Positions 1 to 10,802 of a stretch of DNA of 64,000 bases are shown piece after piece. Location of the stretch: positions 36,286 to 100,285 of the forward strand of contig QPMI01000154.1 of assembly GCA_004431415.1 (NCBI GenBank), in the 5' to 3' direction. Source of the DNA: Cyanophora paradoxa CCMP329. Its lineage: Eukaryota; Plantae; Glaucophyta. Position 1 is the first letter of the stretch; each line of letters begins with the position of its first letter. The notes beneath the pieces were generated by a model. The model saw only the letters and a program-made list of their open reading frames with translations. It had not been told where the DNA came from and searched no databases. The position numbers and the translations under genes were made by a program.

Positions 1-2
1 TT

Positions 3-305
3 GGTGACCACTACAAGGTGGTTGTTGATATCCCTCCAGACGTCTACGCTGTTTGTCAAGTAGAGGGTGGAACCCCAAACATTGCTGTGGTGATTACTCC
101 ATATGATAATTTCGGGATCGCTTATCATGGTGTAAATTTCGGCCTTGAAGACTACCAGTTCTTGGTGAGAGCTACAAAATTCGGTATTTATAAATGCATT
201 CTCTATGCAGAAAGAACCGATGCTATCGCAAGGCAGAATACCTATGCGGAGTACTACGGCACTAATAGGTACTTCCCCATTTTCGGACAGGATACTGCCC
301 CGTAG
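3..305 (+). CDS. C-terminal part of a putative virion fibre/tail-fibre-like protein (5' end outside the window)
   Basis: Frame open from the window edge to TAG at 303-305; VVDIPPD..VVITPYDNFGIAY..G.YKCILYAERTD resembles the I.LPDY..V.V.P...FG..YG..G.Y.V...G.R.D C-terminal pattern of viral fibre proteins (recognised from memory, not searched). Confidence 0.5.
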   Translation, partial: GDHYKVVVDIPPDVYAVCQVEGGTPNIAVVITPYDNFGIAYHGVNFGLEDYQFLVRATKFGIYKCILYAERTDAIARQNTYAEYYGTNRYFPIFGQDTAP

Positions 306-340
306 AGAATATCCCTAATTATTTGCCGAGACCTCTGATA

Positions 341-583
341 ATGGCCTCATGTCTTGCAGGAGTGTTTGAGTTGCTGCGTCACTTCCATTCGCATGCTCGC
401 CTACAGTCGCATTGTTGTACAGCGGATTTAGATCTTTCTTTTGGAGGTGATCATGACAGCAACAGCGCCAACCGTGAAGCTGAACTCGAAGCTCTTCAGC
501 ACGTAGAAGATCCAGCACCGCCCGGTGTGCACCACCAGAGGGCCGCTCCGTCAATAATGTACCATCTATATCAGGATGCTTGA
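341..583 (+). CDS. Small intronless hypothetical protein (80 aa, RLQSHCC motif) of the virus-like segment
   Basis: ATG at 341, 35 nt after the preceding stop; TGA at 581-583; followed by a T/A-rich tract convergent with the HNH-AP2 gene. Confidence 0.45.
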   Translation: MASCLAGVFELLRHFHSHARLQSHCCTADLDLSFGGDHDSNSANREAELEALQHVEDPAPPGVHHQRAAPSIMYHLYQDA

Positions 584-678
584 AGGCTCGCTGAGGTGGC
601 CTCGACATCATTTTGTTTGCTTTTGAAAAAAAGAAACAGGGACAGCCAGCCGTTTCAAACACATAGATAGCTTTTTAT

Positions 679-1241
679 TTACGCCCTGTTTTCAATTGGG
701 AAATTAAGACGTAGAAAAGGCCAGTCTGCCTCTGCAGTGTGCTCAAGTAGATACTGATCTCGAGCTCTGGCTGCTTCCTCCGCTGTGGAGAAGCATCCAA
801 CATCGATTGTTTTTCTATTTTTGCCAATGGTAGCAACCCATCTGCTTTTCGATCTGTTGTAACTCACTCCAAGGAATCCGCTGGTGTTATTCGAATTCTT
901 GTCTCGATGCATTCGGTGCTGCTGTTTTGTTACGAACTTTAGATTATCTCTGCGACAATCCAGTTTATCCCCGCTGACACAGAGGATGCTATGATCTGCA
1001 GGAGCTTTCCCTTCACCAGATCTCTAAATTTCTTATGCCATCTCTCTTCAGGGTGGAATGCTACTGGATAGCCATTCGAGTCTATGTAGAACCTCAGACC
1101 AGAGAATTTCTCCTCGTCATCTTTCGAGATTAGCACTGAGTGCACTGTGTTTGGTGTCTTCACCTGAATTGCAGAGTCCATGTATCTTCCTTTCGATAAT
1201 ATAAGAGATTGTGTTCTCTTTATGTCATACACACCCCTCAT
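679..1241 (-). CDS. HNH-AP2 homing-endonuclease-family protein split into two frames (-1 shift near 1005-1011)
   Basis: Frame 1: VLISKDDEEKFSGLRFYIDSNGYP (typical N-terminus of phage HNH endonucleases). -1 frame: SGDKLDCRRDNLKFVT (HNH-like), then NNTSGFLGVSY..RWVATI...IDVGCFSTAEEAARARD...LNFP (AP2 domain). Confidence 0.85.
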
Positions 1242-1729
1242 ATTAAACCGGGAATTTCTAGTGCGGCCTCTCAGTGGACACTAGAATGCCTAAGCTCATA
1301 CCCTAAAGTGAATTCCCAATCAGCCTCAAAGGCTCTCCCGTTAGCTACCTCCTCGAAGCTAAATCGAATTTTATTTTTCAACCCCTAAGGTACCCACGCA
1401 CACGCCCTCCGGCACGTAATAGCAGAGGGAAACGTGTAAAACGATTTTGGTACACGCACGGCAAAATCAGATCGATCTAGTGAGGGAAGACGCTAAATAC
1501 CCATGGAACCGCGGCCCGGAGCGAAGCGAAGTGGCCGTAAGCGGGGTCCATGGGTGTACAACAGAGGGGCGGGGGGGGCCGGGGGGGGGGGGGGGGGGTG
1601 CGGGGGTTAAGGAGGTGGAGGTAGCTATAGTGGGAGGGGTGGGGCGTTAGGGGGAGGCGGGGGGGGGTGGGGGGGGGAAGAATTGATCTAGAGATGCATA
1701 CATAAGAGGACCATGAGCGCGCTGCGCAC

Positions 1730-2511
1730 CGGGCAGAGAAGCCGCGGAGGGCGTGGGAGAAGGTGTGGTGGAAGCGGACGTGCTCCTCGTGGGCGCCGCC
1801 GTGGTGCCGGCGGGCGGCGGCCCGCGCGTGCCCGCGGACCGCCTCGGCGTGCTCCTCCGTCGCCCCTTCCTTGAGGCCCACGATGTAGTGGCCCTCCTGC
1901 GCCGCCCGCAGCCGCTCGATCTCCTCACGCTGCGCCCGCTCCACCTTCGCGCGCTCGAGCTGCTGCGCATGCTGCTTTTGGGCGTGCGCCGCACGTGCTC
2001 CGGACCCGTCCCCTGCGCGCGCGCACGAGGAGCGGCTCACGAACACGCATGTGATCATGATCGTGATTAGACCATGGGAAGGGCACCTTCGTCTCTCGCG
2101 CTGGGGATCGAATCTTCGCGGGCCGAGGACCTCGGCTGGCCATGGAGCTTGAGCTTCTCCAGCTGCTCGGCCTGGAGCGCCTCGGAGCGCTTCAGGCGCT
2201 CGACCTGCCCGCGGAGCTCCCTAAGCTCCCGGAGCAGATCTTCGTTCACCGCCTGTGAATTCGAAGGCGGAGCAGCTGCGCGCGCGTATGTAACCGTCAG
2301 CGCTGGCGATCCTGCTTATGCTCGCCGTTACTCAAATTCGCCGCAAGCTGAAGGCGCCCTCAACTGGCAGATGCGCGCGGGCACATGTACACGCACGCGA
2401 GTCGGGGTTGGGCGATGTGGACGCGGCGGCAGCCAGCAGCATGGAGCAAGCGATCGCAACCAGCTGCAGTGCGCAGATCGCACGGATCCGCGGCCGGCCG
2501 CGGGGCTGCAT
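1730..2511 (-). CDS. 5' exons of a secreted subtilisin-like (S8) protease precursor: signal peptide, coiled coil, inhibitor I9 prodomain; the remainder is not in the window
   Basis: Hydrophobic leader ICALQLVAIACSMLLAAAA; YIVGLKEG...HTFSHALRGFSAR is the I9 propeptide signature; last exon ends at a GTGCGC donor (1729). Confidence 0.75.
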
Positions 2512-3251
2512 GCGGATGCTGCAGCCGCAGCTGCCGACTTCGGTGGACAGGCGCGAGTCTGCCGCGGCCATGATCATGAGGTGAGCTACAACTTAGCCTA
2601 CAAGGGCGATCCGATGATCCGATCGCAGATGGAGCGCTAGCTGTAGGTAGCCGCTGAGCGCAGCTGCTGGGTTAAGTTAAGTTCCCGCGCGCTGCGCGCA
2701 GCTTGCAAGAAGATCTACGTAGGTGGAGAAGTCGAAGCAGCTTGCGGCGCCCGGCCGCGGCGCGGCTCTAATTCACCAAAAAAACATTGCGGCTCAGATC
2801 GCGATCGCGAGATTTCGCATTCATCATTTCTTTTCGTAAGGGGGTACGGGTGCGAAAAACCCAGCGAAAGCATACGCACTGCGGCATGGCCCAGTGGCAT
2901 GCGCAGCCGCCCGGCCCATAGCCAGGCCTAGGCCCTCTAGATCTCATTATAAATCTCTTTGGCAGCCCGGGTCAGCTGCAGCGAAAGCCTCTCCGCAGCG
3001 CCGACCGGAGCCGGGCTTTCGAATTCGCGAGAGGCTAGGGCAGGCGCCGGCCGCGGCCGCGGCCGCGGCGCGGCCGACGCATGTGAGTGTCGTTCAAACG
3101 GTTGATAATGAGCGAAATAGATGCCTATCTCTTCGTTAACGTCCAGAGAATGATTCGATCATGTACGTCTACAGCCCTGGCCGCGGGACCCCGCAGCCGG
3201 GCCGGGCGGGGGCCCCTATATATAGCTAGGCCTGCCTGCAGCTGCATGCAG

Positions 3252-4361
3252 CTACTCGATGCGACGGGCCTTGATGGGATGGTGCGTGGCCTGGTGGTTG
3301 ATAGCTGCGCGCGCACCCGGCGGCCGCGGTTAGCTAGCGAGAGCGGAGCCCCGGGCCGCGGGCGGGGCGAGCTCTCGAGGGGCGCGAACCGAGGTGCTGC
3401 TCGCGGGTCACAATGCGCTCGATGATCTCCCCGCTCCCCTTCACCAGCCGCACCCGCCCCGTCTGCCCCGCCGGCCGCGGCGCGGCCCCCCGCGTGAGAC
3501 CCGAGCGAAGCGGCCAGGGCGGAAGGTGCCGGGGTGCCGGCCCGGCCGGCGCCGCGCACCTCTTCGTCGTAGACCTTGCGGATGACGCTCTCCTTCTTCT
3601 GGTGCTCCTGCGCGCGCCCCGCCGGCCCCCTGTCAGCTGCAGCTGCCGCACGCGCAGCTGCACCGGCGCGCGCGGGGGCCGAGCGCTATAGCCAGCTAGC
3701 ATGGGCCGAGAGGCCGGGGCGGGAGCGCGGCCTTAGCTAGGGATGCTGAAAAGTGTTTTCGACCTTCGCTGGGGCGGTGACCGCAGGCCTAGAGCAGCGG
3801 CTCGCCGAGCCCGAGGGCCGGGCGCCGGCCGGCGCCGGGGTTCGGCGCGCGCGGGGTTGGGGCCGGCCGAGGAGCTCGCACACACACCGTCAAGCTCATT
3901 GGAACCATGACTCGTTTCTTCGCGACGCCATCGCTCGCCGCCGGGGCCGGAGGAGGAAGCGCGGGTGCCGGCGGCCGCGGCCCAGGTAAGGGGCCGTCCG
4001 GGGCAGGCGCCGGCTTCGAACTGCGACTGGAAGCCTCTGATGTGTCTGCCAAGCGCGCGCGAGCGTCAGGGAGGGCGCTGGAGCACGCGCGGCAACTCAA
4101 AGCGATCTCATCAGCGCTCGCACGCGCACCTTCCGCCGCGCGCTTCGCCTTCTTCTCCTCGCGCTTTAGCCGCTTTTTCTCCCGCTTTCTCTCTCGCTTT
4201 TCGCGCCTGCGCTCCCGCTTCCGCTCTTTCCTCTCTTTTCGCCTCGCCGAGCTACCGGACGACGCGCTGCTGCTGCTGCTGGAGCTGGAGCTCGAGCGCG
4301 ATCGGCTGCGCGAGCGGCTGCGGCTTCTGCTTCGGCTGCGCCCCCGCGACGTCCTCCCCAT
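3252..4361 (-). CDS. ARL6IP4: ARL6IP4 / SR-25 family splicing-related protein, multi-exon
   Basis: RS/K-rich N-terminus; spliced C-terminus MVPMS..[47 protein letters not shown] matches the SR-25 domain; TAG at 3252-3254. Confidence 0.85.
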
Positions 4362-4684
4362 CTTTTGATCCGGTACCCGGTACCACATGTACAAGCTGCA
4401 CGGCGGTGCGCGCTGCGCCAGCAGGCTGCGGCAGCTGCAGCTGCTCAATCATGCGGCCTGGCAGGCTGATGCAGCTCATGATCAGCGGCTGCAGCTGCGC
4501 ATGCAGACGTCCACCCTTCCCACTCGGGGCGCACCAAGCAGTTCGCCAAGCCGTAATTGCAATTGCAATGTGAACGTACTCGGAAACACGCTGGGCATAT
4601 GCGCACTGTACAGAGCCTTTAGAGGAATCGGAGCGCGGGCCGCGGACGTGGGCCGGGGGCGCGAGCGCGAGCGCCCTGATCCGA

Positions 4685-6420
4685 TCAGTCGCCGAAGAGG
4701 GGCGGGGGCGAGGCGGTGCCCTCGGAGCGGGTGCGCGTGGCGGGGCTCTCCGACCGCGTCGCCGCCACGCTCCGCGGGCTCCCGGCCCCGCCCCAGGGCC
4801 GCCCCGCGAGCCCCTCCTGCCCGTGGGCCCCGCCGCCGCCGCCGCCGGGGCCCTCGGGGGCCGCCCGCGGGTCGAGGAAGAGCTCGGAGGAGGCGCTGAG
4901 GCCGAGCGACGAGGACTCGACGCGGAGCATCCGCTCGAACGAGTCCGACGCCGACAGCAGCGCCGCCGCGCCCTGCGCCCGCGTTCGAGGGGTCGGAGGA
5001 AGAAGAAGAGGGGGGCAGCCGGCGTGCAGCGGACCTGGGGGCGGTGCGGGGCGGGCGGGCCGTCCTGGGCGCTGGAGGAGCGGCGGGAGGGGGCGCCGCC
5101 GCCGCGGGGCGTGGAGTCCCTGGATCCGGAGCCCCCCCCGGAGGCCTGCGGGAGCAGCTGCCCAGCGAGGATGAGCGCGTCGATCTCCCGCTTCCTGCGC
5201 GGCGTTCGAGGCGAGGGGCGCGAGGCGAGGCGGGGTGGGAGGGGCGGGGCGGGGCGGAAGGGCGCGCGTCGCCTCGACCTCTTCCGCCGTGCGAAGGGGC
5301 GACACGCGCACGCCCACCGCCGGCGCCGGCACGGGGCTGCGCGCCGCGCAGCCCTCGGATGTCAGAAGGCCGGCGGGGGCGGCGGGGGCGGGCGCGCCTG
5401 CGCGGCTCGGCGCTGCCGCGGCGGGAGCCCTGCTCTCGGTCGCGGGCCGCCGCCTGCGCGAGGAGGCCCTGCGCGCGGGCGCCGGCGTGAGCGGCGCGGC
5501 GGCGCGGCGCGGGCGCGGCGGCGGCGGGGCGGGGGCGGCGGCGGCGCGCGTCGCAGAGGGAGCGGAGGCGTGCGATCTCGGCGTCGAGCTCGGCGCGCTG
5601 GCGCCCGCGCTCCTCCATGTCCGCGAGCCGCCAGCGGCCCCACTCCCGCATCTCCTCCTCAAAGGCCGCCCGCTCCCGCTCCAGCTCCGCCTGCCCCGCC
5701 CGCACGCGCGCCCGCGCGCCCGCGCGCGTCAAATACGATCCCCGCGCGGTGCAGGGAGGTCTGCACTCGCCTGAAAGCGGTCCGGGTGGGGCGTGTCCGG
5801 GGCGGGCGCGTGCTGCGGACCCGACGCGCTGCCCTGGCGGGGCCGCCCGGCGTCGTGCGGGAGCCGCGGCGCCGGCGGGGCCGCGGCGGGCGTGACGGGC
5901 GAGGCGGGCGAGCTCGGCGCGTTCAGCGCGGGCGGCGCGCGGGCCTTCGCGCCCGTCGCGGGGACGCCGGGGGACGGCGCCGCCGACGCGGGTGACGACG
6001 CGGGCGGCGTCGTGGCCGACATCGGAGAGCTCGAGGCGGGCGAACTCGAGGCCGGCTGCGACGCACGTCACGTCTCAGAGCAGGCTCGCGTCTCGGTGCC
6101 AGGAAGCGGACCGTGCACATGTGGCGCCGAGGGAGCTTCGAGGAGGAGGACATGCGAAGCGCCTGGCTCAGCGGCGGCCTGAGCATCTATGAGCACGACT
6201 GGCGCCTCGTTCGCGTCGGCCGCGCGCACTTGGCGATGGTGCTCGGCTGCGGGGTCGACATTGCCTCTTCATCCTCGCGGCGGGGCTTCCTGATCACGGT
6301 GCGCAGCGGCGAGTCGAACGAGAGCGTTATGGGGGACACGCGCTCGTTTATGTCGATCATGGAATCGACGCGCTCGAGCATGAGCGCGAGGTCCTTCCGG
6401 AGCGCGCGCAGCTCTTCCAT
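4685..6420 (-). CDS. Hypothetical low-complexity/coiled-coil protein, multi-exon; start uncertain (may extend to ~6700)
   Basis: Coding-like exons MEELRALRKDLALMLERVDSM..., AELERERAAFEEEMREWGRWRLADMEERGRQRAELDAEIARLR..., LLSASDSFERMLRVESS...PLFGD* separated by typical short introns. Confidence 0.6.
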
Positions 6421-6774
6421 GCTTCGAATAGGACCGGCGGAGGGCTGCCGGGCGTCGGCTGTGCGTGAGGGCTGACAAAGAAGGCCCGACCCCGGGGACG
6501 AGCGCGGGACGGGTACGCTCACGGCTCGTTTGCAAGCTGGGCCTCGTCACAGCAGCGCCCGCGTTGGAGCGCAGTTCGCATCTCCGGCACAAACAGAATT
6601 GTTCTTGCGGCTCTGGACCCCTGCTCCTGGCCCGTTCAGTCGCACGCCGCGGAACGTTGCAGCGCGCCCGAGGCGCCGCCGCTTCTTCCCAGCCGTATCC
6701 AGGAGCGCTTTTAGAGCATTTCTATAGCGCCTACTGTCGCCTTGCGGGCGTGCGGCGATCGCTGGGCATTCGCA

Positions 6775-8563
6775 ATGGCCCACGCACAGCAGCCACGGCC
6801 GCGTCCAGCGCCAGCGCCGGCCGGTGAGGCGAGCACGAGCTCATCCGACCCTGTTCGCCCTTCCCTCGTGCCCGGCCTGAACGTCGCCGACCTTCGCCCG
6901 ACGACGGCGAGCGCGGCGAACCCGAGCGGCCGGCGCCCGAGCCTCGGCATGACTAGCTACGGCGGCCCCATCCTCAGCTACGCGAGGCGTCCGCCGTCCG
7001 CCGGGCCGGCTGCCCCCTCGGCCCGCACCCGCGCCATCCAAAGCCTGGTCCGCCGCCCGCCCCGCATGCCCCGCCCCGCACGCCCCGCCGCCCGCGCCAA
7101 CGCGTCCGTCAGCCGCCGGAGATCTGGGCGCGGGTGCTCTCGCACGTGCCGCAGGCGACGCTGGTGCGGCTCTCGGCGGTCTCGCGGGAGTGGCAGCGCA
7201 TCTGCTGGCGCCCGGAGCTCTGGGAGCGCTTCGAGCTGGAGGTCCAGGGCCGCGTCCCCTTCCGCACCGTCCTCTCATACCTCCGCCGCATCGCCGGCAT
7301 CCCCCCGCCCCTCTCCTCCGCCCCCTCCTCCTCCGCCGCCGCCACGCCCCGCACCGGGCCCGCCTCCGCCCGCGCCTCCGCCGCCGCCGCGCCTCCGCCC
7401 CCTCCGCCTCCGCGGCCGCCGCCGACGGGGCGGCGGGAGGACGTGCCGCGGGAGGTGGACCTGCGCTGTGCCAAGGGGCCCGTGGGCCTGCGGCAGGACA
7501 CGGGGCGGGACCTGATCGCGCTGCTGGGCCCCGCCGAGCGCCTCGTGCTGCCCCGCTTCCTCGTCCACCCCTGCCTCGTCGAAGCCGCCTTCGCCGCCCT
7601 GCCCCGCCTCCGCCTCCTCCGCATCTCCGCCGCGGGGGGTACCGACGAGCTATGGCTCCGCGGCGGCGCCCGCGCGCACTTCCCGGCCGCCCTTGCCGGC
7701 TTCGAATCCGAACTGGTCCTCTTCCTGGAGGGCCAGCCGCTGCGGGCCCTCCCGCCCGGCCTGCGCTCCCTGCGCGCCTCCTTCCGCACGGGCGACGCGG
7801 GGCCCGAGGGGGCCGTGGAGGCGGCGGGGGCCTGCCTGGCGGCCCTCGAGACCCTCGACCTGACCCTCCTCGGGGACGCCTTCAACGGCGAGCCGCTCCG
7901 CTTCTCCGACTGGGACCTCAGTGCGCCCTTAATAGCTTTCTCATCGCGTACCCCCCTGACTTCGTTCGCAGAGTGCCTGCTCCGGGACCTGCCGCAGCTG
8001 CGCGTGCTGCGGCTGCCGCACACGCGCTGCTCGGAGGGCATGCTTCAGGCCCTCGCCGCCCGCCTCGAGGCCCGCGCCCCCGCCCGCCCCTCCCTGTACC
8101 CCCGCCTCACTTCCCCCCCCTCCACCTCCCAGGAACTGGAGGTGGGTACGCCGGACGTGAAGGCGCCCGTGCTGAAGAACGCGCCGCGGCTGCGCGTCCT
8201 CCGCCTCTCCGCCCCCCTCCGGCGCGCCCCCCGGCCCGCCCGAACAGCCGGCGCCCTGACGCCGGCCCGGCCCGCGGCAGGTCGTTCGGGGCGCAGCACT
8301 GCGGGGCGCTGCAGCGGGTGGAGCTGGACGCCTCGCGGGCCGGCGAGGTCCCCGCCGACCTCTGGAACTGCCCCGAGCTCTCTCTCCTCCGCTTCCTCCG
8401 CGGCGCCCCGGGGCCCGTCTCCGCCGTCGGCTGCCCCAAGTTCCCGGGGCGCCCCGAGGGGCCCAACGTGCACGGCCACCCCGCCCGCGCTCCGGCACCT
8501 GACCCCGCCGCCTCCGCCTCCGCCCGCGCCCGCCGCCCCTCCCTCCCGGGCCCCGCCCGCTAG
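6775..8563 (+). CDS. F-box / leucine-rich-repeat protein, multi-exon
   Basis: Spliced IQSL-PPEIWARVLSHVPQATLVRLSAVSREWQRICWRPELW is an F-box; downstream LPRLRLLRI, LPQLRVLRL, APRLRVLRL, NCPELSLL LRR-like repeats. Confidence 0.85.
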
Positions 8564-8766
8564 TTTCGCATTTCGCAGAAGAGACAAGCCCCGATTCGAA
8601 TTATCTTAGCTAGATAATCATGTCGACGTCGCCGAAAGCACTGGGGGCTCACAAGATTCGGAAAATGAATAAAGGCGAACGCAATCATGATCCTAGGGGC
8701 TGAGCAGCCTGGCAGCTTCGGAAGGAAGCGGGCCTGCAGCGCCGCATACGTAAAGGCTACTCAACA

Positions 8767-9312
8767 TCAGAGGGCGAAGATTATGCGAGGGATCATCGGA
8801 TGTGCCTCCCCTCGATCATGAGCCCAGAAAGCTCGAACCTTCATCTGCGCGTCCTTCGCCTGCGACAGCGTCAAGCGCACCCGCGGCCGTCGACGTAAGC
8901 GTCGGACGTCGACGTCGACGTCGGCGCAATTTGCAAGTGTATTGAGCGCGCGACCAGGCGCACCTCTTTCACGGTCTTTTCCCATCCGCCGTTTCTCTGG
9001 CCTGATTTCCGTCTTGTGAGACGCGCGAGAGCTCTAGCTCTCAAGATCTCACAATCGATATCAGGCACCTCTTTCGCAATGTGCCGTCCCCCCTACCGTC
9101 TAAATCAGATTGCGAGATGCAATTCCGATCGCGAGCTCGATCAACGCGCTTGGCCATGGGCCGGGGTCGCGCACCACGCCTACGCCAGTGGTGAAGGCGA
9201 AGCACATTGCGCTGATGAATACTCCAGCAGAGACCCAGACATCGAGCAGAGTTAATGGCCTTGTGACCGGGGAGCGCCAGTCGACGGCCGCGAGGCGGCG
9301 AAGCCGTATCAT
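8767..9312 (-). CDS. Small single-pass membrane protein, 4 exons; alternative upstream ATG at 9411
   Basis: TM segment VWVSAGVFISAMCFAFTTGVGV; three GT-AG introns join in consistent phase to TVGGTAHCERGQRNGGWEKTVKE-AKDAQMKVRAFW...*. Confidence 0.5.
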
Positions 9313-9690
9313 GCTAGCGCTCCGCGTTGCCGCAGTGCGATTCTTCGGCGGATCCTGCGCTCGAGAGCATGAGATGGTGTGCGCTACCGGAGCCAACTTG
9401 CGCGAGAACATGGCTCTGGCGGCGGCACACACGCGCGTGCTTGATGCGAACGAAGCGTGTTTCGTATTCGCAGAACGGGTACGCGTCAGTCAGGTGGCTG
9501 ACCTTCCAAATGTGCGATGACTGTCAGGTGCGCGTTGCCGGTGCTGATCGTTAGGCCGGGCGATCGCCTCCACTCTCATTCTTCAGCGGCAAGCAGAACC
9601 AAGTGCGCTCCTTAAGCGCGCGTGCGTACACGCCGCCGACGCACAGCTGCTAACATACACGCCATGATGCGCAGGCGCTAGATCGCGATT

Positions 9691-9836
9691 GCTGGTGTCC
9701 ATGGCGGGCTACGACCTCTCGCACTTCGTGCCCTACGCGCTACGCGCTGGTGGGTGTCCATGGCGGGCTACGACCTCTCGCACTTCGTGCCCTACGCGCT
9801 GGTGGGCGACCTCTCGCACTTCGTGCCCTACGCGCT
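9691..9836 (+). repeat. Triple direct repeat of the 30-bp core CGACCTCTCGCACTTCGTGCCCTACGCGCT
   Basis: Identical cores at 9712-9741, 9771-9800 and 9807-9836; the first two also share the upstream GGTGTCCATGGCGGGCTA. Confidence 0.95.
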
Positions 9837-10097
9837 CCAGCGCCGCGACCTGGCGCGCGGCGACCTCCGCCGCGTCCTCGACAGCTCCTGGAACACGAGC
9901 GTGACCACCGCCGCCTGGAACCGCGGGACGAACCAGCGCTACAGCTGCCCGCTGGCGCGCAGCAGCGGTACTATCAGCAGGGCGATGCCTTCCGCGACAT
10001 GCGCTCGGATCTGCGCCGGGCGTTGCAGAACGAGTACGGCTCAGCGGGGCGGGCTGCCTACGCCGACCTTCAACGTTTCTACGGGCGCCGTCGCTGA
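9701..10097 (+). pseudogene. Rearranged, frameshifted coding fragment with an HNH-like H..N..N spacing
   Basis: DLSHFVPYAL segment present three times; LDSSWNTSVTTAAWNRG; coding-like text continues in another frame (QQRYYQQGDAFRDMRSDLRRALQNEYG...*). Confidence 0.35.
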
Positions 10098-10802
10098 TCT
10101 TGCTTGGCGTTGCCACGGTGCGCTGCATGTGATCTGGATATCCGATCATATAGCTGACTCGTGCTTTTATAGTGGCGCGCAGCTGTACATGCATATGGAC
10201 TGCCTGCAGCTGATTATAGCTTCAGAGTCTGCAAGTTCTCACGCCTTTCACATCTATAAAGCGTTCATTGTGCAACTTAAGCTTCCCGTGCCTTTCACAG
10301 TCTGCAAACTCTTGCGCCGTTCGAATTCACACGTTTCTCAGTTCGCTTGAGCATTACATTGTGCATTGTTTGCGCGACTGTCTTGCGTGTTTGAGAATTG
10401 AATTCGAATTCGAGATTTTCAACTTTAGCCGCTAAAAACAGGAGGGGCTGCGGGGCCTTACCGGTACCCCAACGATTCAGGGCCGAGCCACTAGTACTAA
10501 TCACGGGGGGCCGAAGGCGGTGCGGGGTGGGATTGGCCAGCGGCGCCAAGGCCGGGGCGGGGGGCCGGGGCAACTTCGGGCGGGGACCTGCCGCAGTGCG
10601 AGGCGATGATGGGCGGCGCCACCCGCGAACGCTGACGCTGTGCGCGCGGGGCCGCTGCTATGAATCCCCTGCAAGACAGCCCCCCGCGGCCGGGCCCCGC
10701 GGCCGCCGTGAGGCCCAGCCGCCGCCCTCCGCAAGGCCCGGGCGCCGGAGAGAGGGGGAGTGGACGCCGGGGTCGCCGCTCGATGCTCCCTAAAATTCGA
10801 GG

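Larger units (their letters stand above)
1..1712. mobile_element. Right-hand end of an AT-rich, intronless virus-like insertion (candidate endogenous Polinton-like virus, virophage or other dsDNA virus); right boundary approximate
   Basis: Roughly balanced base composition versus the very GC-rich host genes; closely packed intronless ORFs of virus-type families (fibre C-terminus, HNH-AP2); non-coding end with hairpins and G-tracts; abuts a host intron donor at 1729 on the minus strand. Confidence 0.65.

Noticed and set aside
9691-9836. 30-bp direct repeats resembling a mini CRISPR array
   Set aside because: Spacers are 29 and 6 nt and are themselves copies of flanking sequence; the repeat is coding-like; eukaryotic context with no cas genes.
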